Below, in pieces: positions 1-7,852 of a DNA stretch of 14,615 bases. The translations under genes were made by a program, and so were the position numbers. Origin of the DNA: Candidatus Krumholzibacteriota bacterium (lineage in GTDB: Bacteria > Krumholzibacteriota > Krumholzibacteriia > JAJRXK01). How positions within the stretch are numbered: the first letter of the stretch is position 1; every line of letters starts with the position of its first letter. Location: contig CAWDWO010000019.1 in NCBI GenBank assembly GCA_963806035.1, positions 1 through 14,615 on the forward strand, written 5' to 3'. The notes beneath the pieces are model-generated. The model was not told the DNA's origin, ran no database searches, and worked only from the letters and a program-made list of their open reading frames with translations.

Positions 1-2127
1 GAGCTTCTGGCCGATTCCTGGTTGTGGCTGAGTCGCCTGGCCAAGTTGGAGGGGAGGAAGTCCCTCTCTGAGGAATACATTGACCGCGCCTTGCAGATTT
101 CCGAGAGCACGACTCTGCGCGCACCGCTCCTCGCCGATATTTTCCAGCAGCAGGGGAACCTCTTGCGAAGACGGCGCCGCTACGCCGAGGCCGAGCCCTG
201 GTATCGGCGCGCCCTGGATCTGCGCGAGCATGATGAACAGGCGGACCCGCTGGACCGGGCCGACAATCGAATCTGGTTGGGGCACGTGCTGGTGCGCCAG
301 CAGAGGGACGAAGAGGCCGCCAGGTACTTTCGTGAAGCGGCCGAGCTGCTGGAGGCTCACGCCACTGACGATCACCCGCTGTGGAGACCGGTGGTGGACT
401 TCCTCTATCCGCGTCTTCTGCGTCGTGATCCACAGGCAGCGGCTCAGGCTCTGCGCCGTTGGAAGATGGCCTGCCGCGTTTGGCGACGAGACCGTGGCTT
501 TCGCTTCGGGCTCGCGAACGGCGCCATCCCACCCCGTGCCGTGAGCGCGCTCCTCGCACAGAAGCAATGGAACGAGGCCTGGCAACTTTTGGAGACGGGG
601 CTGGGCCAGGGCGTGGAGGAGTGCATTCTCCTGGCCGGTCGGGCGCATCTTTCCCGTGCACGACTCGACCAGGCGGCAGCGGCCCGTCCCTGGCTCGCGG
701 CCGAGGCCCAATGGAATGCGACCACCGCCGAGGCTTGGTGCCAGGGCCTGCAGGCCGAAGTAAAATTGCGCCTTGCCGAAGCAAAGCTGCTGCGGACGCA
801 CCGCGCGGAATTGACCGTGAATGCCTCCCGAGTGCAGCGGCTTCTGGCCAACGACGAGGCGCTCTTGGGCTTCGCGCGGCTGCCCGCCGGAGCGGGCGAT
901 TCCCGGCACGGTCCCGAGGTCCTCTGGGCTTACGTTCTGCGCGGGGAAGGTCCCGTGCAGTGGATCTCCATCGTGGATGGCCAGCGCCAAGCAGAACGCT
1001 GGCAGGAATTCTGCACGGAAGAGATGACGGTCCAGCAGCGCCTGTTGCGGGCCGGAGCCTGGCCCACTCGCTTGCCGGACGACGCACAGCTCGAAGACGG
1101 AACCCGCCGGCTGGGTGAGGTTTTGCTGCAACCGCTGCGGCATTCGCTGCAAGGAGTGCGAACCCTGCTGCTCACGCCGGGAGGGATCCAAATCCCTTTG
1201 GAAATCCTGGGGGACGGGAACGGGGCCCGGTTGATCGATCGCTTCGCCGTGGTTCACGCACCTTCGGCCGGCGCGGTGACCCTGCTCAGGGAAAGGACGG
1301 GGAGCAAAGCCGACCGCTTCCGCGGCCCGGCCCTCGTCTTGGGAGATCCCCACTTCTCCGCGGAACCCCCCGAAGCAACCGTTCTGGCACAGCGCGCTTC
1401 TATGAACGGCCAGGCGACAGGGGCGAAGAGCGACGCCCTCAGTCAGCGGGTCCTGCGCCGTGCTCTGGAGGAGGGCGAGGAGTGGACGGGGCTGCCTGAA
1501 CTTCCCGCCAGTCGGGACGAAGCAAGCACCATCGCGGCCCAGTGGCCCGCGAGCACGCTCTTGATGGGTGATGCGGCCACCGAGGAGGCCCTCCGTAAAC
1601 AAGGACCCGGGTTTTCAATCGTCCATCTGGCCACCCACGCCCTCATCGACCGGCGGGTTCCGGAGCGATCCGCACTCGCTTTGGCTCACCCCGCGCCCGA
1701 CCCCGCCCAAGTAGCCGCTCAACAGGACGGTCGCCTCAGCGCCCGCGAGATCTACTTGGACTGGGATCTCAGCGGAGCACTGGTCGTGCTGAGCGCCTGT
1801 CAAACCGGCTTCGGACGCGGTCGCCAGGGCTTCTATCTGGGAAAGGGATTTCCCCAGGCTCTTTTCCGCGCCGGCGCCGACAACATGCTGTTGAGTCTTT
1901 GGAAAGTGGATGACACGGCGACCCGCATGCTCATGCAGCGTTTTTACCAAGTCCTCTCCACCGGCGAAGCCACACCGGCCGAGGCGCTCCAGGCTGCCTG
2001 TCGGTGGCTGCGCCAGTACTCTGATGCGCGAGGCCGCCACCCCTTCGCCCACCCCATCTACTGGGGTGGCTTCCAACTTCTGGGCGAAGGTTCCGAGCTC
2101 GGGCATTTCCCGACGCATCGTCGCTAA
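1..2127 (+). CDS. TPR-repeat + CHAT-domain (caspase-like, clan CD) protease, 5'-truncated by window edge
   Basis: The frame is open from base 1 (ELLADSWLWLSRL...). The N-terminal part has TPR-like segments (YAEAEPWYRRALDLRE, EEAARYFREAAELLE). The C-terminal part has CHAT motifs LVLGDPHF, LPELPASRDEA, ATEEAL, IVHLATHA (His codon 1636-1638), LVVLSACQTG (Cys codon 1798-1800), LSLWKVDD and HPIYWGGFQLLG. Confidence 0.93.
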   Translation, partial: ELLADSWLWLSRLAKLEGRKSLSEEYIDRALQISESTTLRAPLLADIFQQQGNLLRRRRRYAEAEPWYRRALDLREHDEQADPLDRADNRIWLGHVLVRQQRDEEAARYFREAAELLEAHATDDHPLWRPVVDFLYPRLLRRDPQAAAQALRRWKMACRVWRRDRGFRFGLANGAIPPRAVSALLAQKQWNEAWQLLETGLGQGVEECILLAGRAHLSRARLDQAAAARPWLAAEAQWNATTAEAWCQGLQAEVKLRLAEAKLLRTHRAELTVNASRVQRLLANDEALLGFARLPAGAGDSRHGPEVLWAYVLRGEGPVQWISIVDGQRQAERWQEFCTEEMTVQQRLLRAGAWPTRLPDDAQLEDGTRRLGEVLLQPLRHSLQGVRTLLLTPGGIQIPLEILGDGNGARLIDRFAVVHAPSAGAVTLLRERTGSKADRFRGPALVLGDPHFSAEPPEATVLAQRASMNGQATGAKSDALSQRVLRRALEEGEEWTGLPELPASRDEASTIAAQWPASTLLMGDAATEEALRKQGPGFSIVHLATHALIDRRVPERSALALAHPAPDPAQVAAQQDGRLSAREIYLDWDLSGALVVLSACQTGFGRGRQGFYLGKGFPQALFRAGADNMLLSLWKVDDTATRMLMQRFYQVLSTGEATPAEALQAACRWLRQYSDARGRHPFAHPIYWGGFQLLGEGSELGHFPTHRR

Positions 2128-2299
2128 GAAATCTCCGCTTCACTCGTAGCTAACAGGTATGAGCCCGGGGTCCGCCCGTGGCGTTTTAGCCCGGCTAGGG
2201 GTTGGGCGTCGCCGTCTCCAGCGGCTGGGAGCCTCCACTGGAACGTGTGCGGACCCCGGACGGCTCATCCATTCCCCCATCACAACGAGGAGGTCCCTC

Positions 2300-3055
2300 A
2301 TGGACCCTTGTACACGTTCGCTTCGGGCGATGCTGGCGACGGCGTTGCTATTCTTCGCCGCCGCTGCCAATGCCCAAGTGCTCTACGGGATCGACAGCAG
2401 CAATGACCAACTCCTGGCCATCGACCCCTCCACTGCGAACACGGTGGTGGTGGGATCGCTGGGCTTTCCCGCCACCGCGGGAAGCGCGGCATTCGCCAAC
2501 GGTACCCTCTACGGACTGATCCGGGACGGATCGGACGGCCTCGACAAGCTCTTCAGCATCGACACCGCCACCGGTGCCGCCACGGCCCTCGTGACCGTCG
2601 ACCAAGACATCGGCGGACGGGGCATGAACTTCTCGCCCGACAACACGACCGTCTACTACACCGATGTCAACGAGTTCTGGACCATGGATCCCAGCACGGG
2701 TGTGAGCACTCTAATCGGTACCATGACCAGCGCGGCTTCTCAAATGGCGCGCGACGACGAGGGGATCTACTACGTCCTCCACAGCAGTGGTCTCAACACC
2801 CTCGATCCAGATACCGGCGCCACGACCCTCGTGGGCACCGTCGACCAAATTGGAGCAGGGCTGTCCTGGAACCCCAGCGACGGGCTGCTCTACACCGTAG
2901 CCGGCGGCAATCTCTACACCATCGATCCCCAGACTGCCGCGACCACGCGGATCGGAAACGTGGGCTTCACGTGCAACGGCCTGGCCTTCGACTACGGTCC
3001 CGTACCCACCGAGAAGAACAGCTGGGGCCGGATGAAGAGCAACTATCAGAGGTGA
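2300..3055 (+). CDS. Secreted beta-propeller repeat protein (251 aa) with C-terminal SWGRMKSxY tail, paralog 1
   Basis: GAGGAGG at 2287-2293 precedes ATG 2300. Signal peptide ends ...LLFFAAAANA|Q. Five blade-like repeats centre on IDPSTA, IDTATG, MDPSTG, LDPDTG and IDPQTA. The protein ends GPVPTEKNSWGRMKSNYQR. Confidence 0.85.
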   Translation: MDPCTRSLRAMLATALLFFAAAANAQVLYGIDSSNDQLLAIDPSTANTVVVGSLGFPATAGSAAFANGTLYGLIRDGSDGLDKLFSIDTATGAATALVTVDQDIGGRGMNFSPDNTTVYYTDVNEFWTMDPSTGVSTLIGTMTSAASQMARDDEGIYYVLHSSGLNTLDPDTGATTLVGTVDQIGAGLSWNPSDGLLYTVAGGNLYTIDPQTAATTRIGNVGFTCNGLAFDYGPVPTEKNSWGRMKSNYQR

Positions 3056-3873
3056 TCTTCGAGCGCGCCCACCTTCCTTCCTGAAACTTTCATTCCCCGA
3101 TCTTTGAGGAGGACCCCTTGAGATTCAACGCACGTTTTTTAGCTCTCGCCTTCTGCCTGTTCGCCCTGGCCATGACTTCGCCCCCAAGCGCGGCCCAGAA
3201 TCTCTACGGAATCGACACCGTCCACAGTCAGTTGATCACCATCGACTCTTCCACGGGTGCGGGATCCGTGGTGGGCCCTTTGGGTCTGTACGTGGGTTCG
3301 TCCGGAGCGGACTTCGCTGCAGGACAGCTCTACGCCCTGATGTCCGAGCTTTTCACCAATGACAACAAGCTGTTCACCATCGATACCGCCACCGGCGCCG
3401 CCACGGCCGTCGTGACTGCCGACAGCATGATCGGCTACCGCGGCATCGAATTCTCCGAGGACAACAGTACCGTCTATTACACCAGCGACGACGAATTCTG
3501 GGAATTGGACCCCGGCACGGGCGCGTGCACCTTCGTGGGAATGATGCCCCAAGACGCATCCCAGCTGGCCCGGGATGGAGACGGCGTCTACTACACCTTC
3601 CAAAAGGGCGACCTGTACACCGTGGACCCCAACAGCGCCGCAACCTCCTTCGTGGGAGCCACCGGCCTGGGCGGACCGCTGGCCTGGAATCCCGTGGACG
3701 GGCAACTCTACGCCGTGTCGGGGATGAATCTCTATTCCATCGACCCCACCGACGGCACACCCACCCTGATTGGACCCGTCGGTTACCAGGTCTCCGGCCT
3801 GGCCTTCGACTACGGTCCCGTTCCCGCCGAGAAGAACAGCTGGGGCCGGATGAAGAGTCACTATCGGAAGTGA
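2978..3873 (+). repeat. 78-bp direct repeat formed by the 3' ends of the two paralogs (2978-3055 and 3796-3873)
   Basis: Hand alignment gives 72/78 identical nucleotides (ggcctggccttcgactacggtcccgt...gagaagaacagctggggccggatgaagag...tga). Confidence 0.9.
3118..3873 (+). CDS. Secreted beta-propeller repeat protein (251 aa) with C-terminal SWGRMKSxY tail, paralog 2
   Basis: GAGGAGG at 3106-3112 precedes a TTG start. Signal peptide ends ...PSAA|Q. It aligns nearly gap-free with paralog 1 and ends GPVPAEKNSWGRMKSHYRK. Confidence 0.85.
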   Translation: MRFNARFLALAFCLFALAMTSPPSAAQNLYGIDTVHSQLITIDSSTGAGSVVGPLGLYVGSSGADFAAGQLYALMSELFTNDNKLFTIDTATGAATAVVTADSMIGYRGIEFSEDNSTVYYTSDDEFWELDPGTGACTFVGMMPQDASQLARDGDGVYYTFQKGDLYTVDPNSAATSFVGATGLGGPLAWNPVDGQLYAVSGMNLYSIDPTDGTPTLIGPVGYQVSGLAFDYGPVPAEKNSWGRMKSHYRK

Positions 3874-3886
3874 GCTGTTTGGTCCT

Positions 3887-3917
3887 GACGGGGCGCCTCT
3901 GCACGGGGTGCCCCGTC
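3887..3917. terminator. GC-rich hairpin between convergent genes; possible bidirectional terminator or stabiliser
   Basis: Arms GACGGGGCGCC (3887-3897) and GGTGCCCCGTC (3907-3917) pair with one G-U. It begins 14 nt after the stop at 3873 and has no U-tract. Confidence 0.55.
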
Positions 3918-3978
3918 TACACTTGAGTGGCAATGGGCGGCCGGACATCGAGGTGTTGGCTGTGCCGCCCGGTGCACT

Positions 3979-4764
3979 TCAGTCGAGGCCGTAACGAATC
4001 TCCAGGGGCTTCTCTTGTCCCGCTTTGTAGTAGCGCCGCCACATCACGTACTCGTAGCCATCGTCCGTGAAGCGCGCCGTCGGCTTCGGCGTGATCGATT
4101 GCACTTTGGCGTCATGCGGCAACCTCACCTTGAGCCACACCAGGCGATCCTCTGCGTAGTCGCCCATGTTGCGATAGCGGAATCCATCGTCCGTCTTCTG
4201 GCTGCGCACCGAAGTCTCCTGGCAATTGACGGTCAGGGTCTCACCGGGAGCAACCGGTACGGCAAGGGGCAGGATGACTTGCACCCTTGAATCGGCCGCC
4301 TTCGACCATTCCGCACGCGGGGGATCATAGCGAGGCGTGAGCTCATTTCCGAAGGGATCTCGATACTCACGACGATCGACCGCGTCCCTCTCCCAGGAAG
4401 CGAGACCCCATTTCAATTCGGTCACCGCGCGCTGGCTGCTGTTCTTCAGGTGCATCTCCCAGTGCATGGTGGCGGTACCGTCGGCGTGGAGCTCGTCGTA
4501 GGAGCGAGTTTCCACCACCGGCTGCTTGGGCGCCGCGTCGCTGCGCGGGCGGTCAGAGAAAGTCGCAGGATCGATCTCGTCCTCGTTCAATTCGAGCAGT
4601 GTCCCGCCGGTCTGCAGCAAGTAGCGTCCCGCCTGCAGCCGAATGAGCTGCCCGACCTGAGTTTTTCCGTCGCGCAACTTCACGGACCACTCCTTCCCCG
4701 CTGCTCCAGTGGCCAAGAGTAGCGCGATGAGGCCCAGGCTCGCGATCAAGATTCGCTTGTTCAT
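3979..4764 (-). CDS. Hypothetical secreted protein (261 aa), third gene of the ECF operon
   Basis: AGGAGG (4772-4777, minus strand) precedes ATG 4764. Signal peptide MNKRILIASLGLIALLLATGAAG is followed by a small beta domain (VKLRDGKTQVGQL...) and a beta-rich C-terminal region. Confidence 0.8.
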   Translation of the reverse strand: MNKRILIASLGLIALLLATGAAGKEWSVKLRDGKTQVGQLIRLQAGRYLLQTGGTLLELNEDEIDPATFSDRPRSDAAPKQPVVETRSYDELHADGTATMHWEMHLKNSSQRAVTELKWGLASWERDAVDRREYRDPFGNELTPRYDPPRAEWSKAADSRVQVILPLAVPVAPGETLTVNCQETSVRSQKTDDGFRYRNMGDYAEDRLVWLKVRLPHDAKVQSITPKPTARFTDDGYEYVMWRRYYKAGQEKPLEIRYGLD

Positions 4765-4777
4765 GACGATGCCTCCT

Positions 4778-5245
4778 TCAGCGGCAGACTCCCGCCGCCA
4801 GGTCGAAACAGGCGGCCCGGAGTTCCGTGGTCTGGTGCGGTGTTTCACCGTACCGGAGCGCGGTCACCGGACCGTCGATGGTGATGGTGGAGCGGGGGCC
4901 CTCCGCTCCCTGCTGGTTGCGCAACAGCCTCGGGGCGAGAATCGCCAATACCAGCACCGCTGCCAATGCGAGCAGGGGGCGCAGACGATTCCACGGAATG
5001 AAAGGATTTCGACGCGGCGCAGGTCGAGGCACACGATCGATGGCGAGCTGCGTCCGAAGCAGATCCTGGGGAACTTCACTTTTTAGCGCGCGCTGTGTTT
5101 CCTCGCGAAAACGGATGCGCTCGTTCAGCTCGACTCGCAGTTCCTCACTGGCCTGCGTCTCTTCCTCGAAGGCAACGCGGCTTTCGGGGCTGAGTTCGCC
5201 GTCGAGATAGGCTTCGAGTCGTTCGTACCAGCTGTCATGCGCCAT
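4778..5245 (-). CDS. Membrane-anchored anti-sigma factor with degenerate zf-HC2/ZAS-like N-terminus
   Basis: ERLEAYLDGELSPESRVAFEE is a typical anti-sigma N-terminus. One TM helix (LLALAAVLVLAILA). The gene overlaps the upstream ECF sigma gene by 11 bp. Confidence 0.85.
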   Translation of the reverse strand: MAHDSWYERLEAYLDGELSPESRVAFEEETQASEELRVELNERIRFREETQRALKSEVPQDLLRTQLAIDRVPRPAPRRNPFIPWNRLRPLLALAAVLVLAILAPRLLRNQQGAEGPRSTITIDGPVTALRYGETPHQTTELRAACFDLAAGVCR

Positions 5246-5765
5246 GGCCGCGCCTCCTGAGCTGCTCCCGCAACTTGCGCACTGCGTGATGTTTGCGGGA
5301 GGCGATGGTGCCAGGGCTGAGCTTCAAGACCTGCGCGATCTCCGCGTAGCTCAGGCCCTCGATTTCACTGAGATGAAAGACGGAGCGTTGCTCTTCGGGA
5401 AGTTGTCCCAGCGCCGAGAGAAGATCAGTGCGGAACTCCGCGGCTTCGAGCGCTCGATCGGGGCGCTCCACCGCATTCGAAGCCGCGCGGGACGCGATGC
5501 GATCGTCCCATGCGCTCTCCATACGTTCGCGAACCTTACGCCGCCGCAAATGATCGAGCGCACAGGAACGAGCGGCCGCAAAGACCAGTCCCGGTCCCGC
5601 ATCGGCAGCGAATTCACGTAGGCGAACGAAGGTGTCCTGGGTCAGATCGCGCGCGGCTTCCCCGTCACCCACAAGAGATCGCAGGTAGCGAAACACTCCC
5701 GCCGCATGCCGCTCGGCCAGGGCGGCGAGAGGGTCGGGTTGCATCTGGAGCGGGCTGGATTCCAT
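5235..5765 (-). CDS. ECF RNA polymerase sigma-70 factor (176 aa)
   Basis: Region 2: VFRYLRSLVGDGEAARDLTQDTFVR...ARSCALDHLRR. Region 4: LPEEQRSVFHLSEIEGLSYAEIAQVLKLSPGTIASRKHHA. GGAGGA at 5771-5776 (minus strand) precedes ATG 5765. Confidence 0.95.
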   Translation of the reverse strand: MESSPLQMQPDPLAALAERHAAGVFRYLRSLVGDGEAARDLTQDTFVRLREFAADAGPGLVFAAARSCALDHLRRRKVRERMESAWDDRIASRAASNAVERPDRALEAAEFRTDLLSALGQLPEEQRSVFHLSEIEGLSYAEIAQVLKLSPGTIASRKHHAVRKLREQLRRRGHGA

Positions 5766-5814
5766 CGCGGTCCTCCGTGCGTCCCCAGGCCCCAATGGGG
5801 CCTCCACCCATGAT

Positions 5815-5839
5815 GACGCACGGGAGCACGAAATCTTCA
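5815..5839 (-). promoter_or_regulatory. Putative ECF-type autoregulatory promoter TGAAG-N16-CGTC
   Basis: The minus strand reads TGAAGatttcgtgctcccgtgCGTCatc about 50 nt upstream of the sigma start. The spacing matches the common ECF GAAC-N16-CGTC architecture, but the -35 is imperfect. Confidence 0.45.
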
Positions 5840-5865
5840 AAAGAAATCCAAAAGGCCGCTCGTTC

Positions 5866-6498
5866 CTATCTGCCCGCCGTCAACGCTTGGGGGTCCCGCC
5901 GCACGAAGTTCAAGAACCGTAGCAGTCCACCGACCGCTAGCAAGCCGAGCAGAACGGAGAAAAGCACCAGGAAACCCGTGAGTTGAGCCAGCTCACGCGG
6001 AATGTTCGGAACAATCGGTACCAGGAAGCCAAGAAAGGCCACCAGCGAGAAGATTCCCGATCCCATCACTGCCCCTCTGGTCCCCAGAATACGGTCCGCG
6101 AGTTCGACGTGAACGCGATAGAAGAACCAGAACAGCGCCAGCGCCGCGATCAGCTCCAGAAAGGGGACGATCTCTCTCGTGGCGCTCGGTACGCCCGTTC
6201 CCTCATCTTGGAGAGTACTGACGAAGTTCCGCAAGCGGAGAAACACCGCGAGTACCGCCCCCATCGTGGCCAGCCGAGACGCGGCTTCCAGATGCGCACG
6301 GCCACCCCCCTGCCAGGCCGACTGAACGGACCAGAAGAAGGAAAGGGCGAAGAGGCTCGCCACGAGAAACCAGATCGCGACGAGACGAGCCAGCAATGGC
6401 GAGGCGTAAAGCGCCGGCCAGACGCTGTTCAATGTGCGGAGGAGAAAGGTCCCGCCAAGGCCGATCATCATGAGAAGAGCCGTCGTACGTACGGACAT
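5866..6498 (-). CDS. Hypothetical integral membrane protein (210 aa, about 6 TM)
   Basis: AAGGAGG at 6504-6510 (minus strand) precedes ATG. Several long hydrophobic segments. Confidence 0.75.
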   Translation of the reverse strand: MSVRTTALLMMIGLGGTFLLRTLNSVWPALYASPLLARLVAIWFLVASLFALSFFWSVQSAWQGGGRAHLEAASRLATMGAVLAVFLRLRNFVSTLQDEGTGVPSATREIVPFLELIAALALFWFFYRVHVELADRILGTRGAVMGSGIFSLVAFLGFLVPIVPNIPRELAQLTGFLVLFSVLLGLLAVGGLLRFLNFVRRDPQALTAGR

Positions 6499-6556
6499 GA
6501 GGGCCTCCTTACGAGCGCGGGCTTTCCGCCCGGGCCAATGACTCTGGTGCCTCAGT

Positions 6557-7852
6557 TCAACTCTCCTGCTGTTGGAATCCTCCCGCCAGACGCTCGAAAA
6601 GGAACATCACCACGATGCCCAAGAGAAGGTGTGCGCCCAGCACGTACCAGACGTACTCTGCATGCCCCGCGGTGTCGAAATGTCCGTAGAGCGGCGTGTA
6701 GAGGATTCCGCTGAAGGCGCCGATCCCCACCGCGAGGAAGTTCGCCCCCATGTAGAGGCCCGCCTTCTCTTTGGGTGCGATCCAGGTGATGTACTCCTGA
6801 ATGCGCGGCGAAGCAATCATCTCGCCCACTGCAAACAAGAAGATGCCCAGAAAGACCAGCCCGGGACCGCTGACGTTTGCCAGACCCAATACGCCCATTC
6901 CCAGCGCCGCGATGAACAACCCACTCAAGAACGAAGGGATCGCGGGAAAACGCTCGAAAAAGCGCGACACGAAGATCTGCAGGATCACGATGATATAGCC
7001 GGTATGGGAGATCGTCTCTCCCAGCAGTTTGCGCGTACCGTTTTCTTCATGAGAGAAGAAGTTGGCGAAGCCACTGCCGAAGATCGAGCGCATTCCATGG
7101 TAGAGACTTGCGGTGTCCAGATTACTGTCCACGTAGAGCGCACACATGTTGAAGAAGGCCCAGAAGGGGATCCAGAAGAACACCCCCAACAGAAGCAGGA
7201 AGAGGCTGAACTTGAGGTCGCTGAGCGCAATTCCGATGTCTTTGAACTTCTGTTTGAGGGAACTTCCTTCGATCTCCCGTTCGGGCTCCTTGTAGAAGAA
7301 GATGGTGATGAAGAGCATCACCACGATGGCGGCTGCCGCGGCGTAGAACGCGTAGTTCCAGGAGATCGCGCGCAGCTTGCCGGCCACGATCGGGCCCAAC
7401 GAGCCCCCGACATTCACCATGGCGTAGAAGATCCCAAAGCCGAGCGTGCCGTTGGTACGGTCGGTAGTCGCGCGCACGGTGGCGGAGACGAGTGGTTTGA
7501 AGATTCCCGCTGCCAAACCCATGCTCAACATGGTCAGGGCGATCCCCGAGAAGGACTTGGTGAGGATCAAGAGCAGGATCGAGGGCAGATAGGCCAGGTA
7601 GCTGACGATGAGCAGCTTCTTGAATCCGAAGCGGTCGGCAAAAGTCCCCGAGATGAGAGGGATGGTGTAGGACAGGAGCAGGAAGATCGTCTGGACGATC
7701 CCCAGCTGGTCGCGCGAGTAGCCCAGACTCGCCATGTAGATGCCGAAGCTGAAGTAAATTCCGTAGTAGGCGAAGCGCTCCAGAATCTCGATGACGTTCG
7801 CCACCCAGAACACTCGCGGAAATGGTGTTCGGGACTGTCCTTGCGTCTGCAT
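6557..7852 (-). CDS. MFS transporter, POT/PTR family proton-coupled peptide transporter
   Basis: POT signature ExxERFxYYG (EILERFAYYG), GTFADRFG loop, GIFKP, FYAMVNVGG and GEMIASPR, with about 12 TM. GGAGG precedes ATG 7852. Confidence 0.9.
   Translation of the reverse strand: MQTQGQSRTPFPRVFWVANVIEILERFAYYGIYFSFGIYMASLGYSRDQLGIVQTIFLLLSYTIPLISGTFADRFGFKKLLIVSYLAYLPSILLLILTKSFSGIALTMLSMGLAAGIFKPLVSATVRATTDRTNGTLGFGIFYAMVNVGGSLGPIVAGKLRAISWNYAFYAAAAAIVVMLFITIFFYKEPEREIEGSSLKQKFKDIGIALSDLKFSLFLLLLGVFFWIPFWAFFNMCALYVDSNLDTASLYHGMRSIFGSGFANFFSHEENGTRKLLGETISHTGYIIVILQIFVSRFFERFPAIPSFLSGLFIAALGMGVLGLANVSGPGLVFLGIFLFAVGEMIASPRIQEYITWIAPKEKAGLYMGANFLAVGIGAFSGILYTPLYGHFDTAGHAEYVWYVLGAHLLLGIVVMFLFERLAGGFQQQES

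Noticed and set aside
2240..2270. GGAAC-N16-CGGC upstream of propeller paralog 1 as an ECF promoter
   Set aside because: The -10 does not match CGT(C/T) at the right spacing; too weak to call.
2159..2299. Longer upstream starts given by the ORF track (2159; also 4848, 5840, 7864, 7996, 8582, 11634)
   Set aside because: Downstream starts with SD sequences, signal peptides or family N-termini (2300, 4764, 5765, 7852, 8047, 8618, 11466) fit better.
2300..3873. Paralog pair as a diversity-generating retroelement template/variable repeat
   Set aside because: No reverse transcriptase is present, mismatches in the shared 78 bp are not confined to adenines of one copy, and both copies are intact genes.
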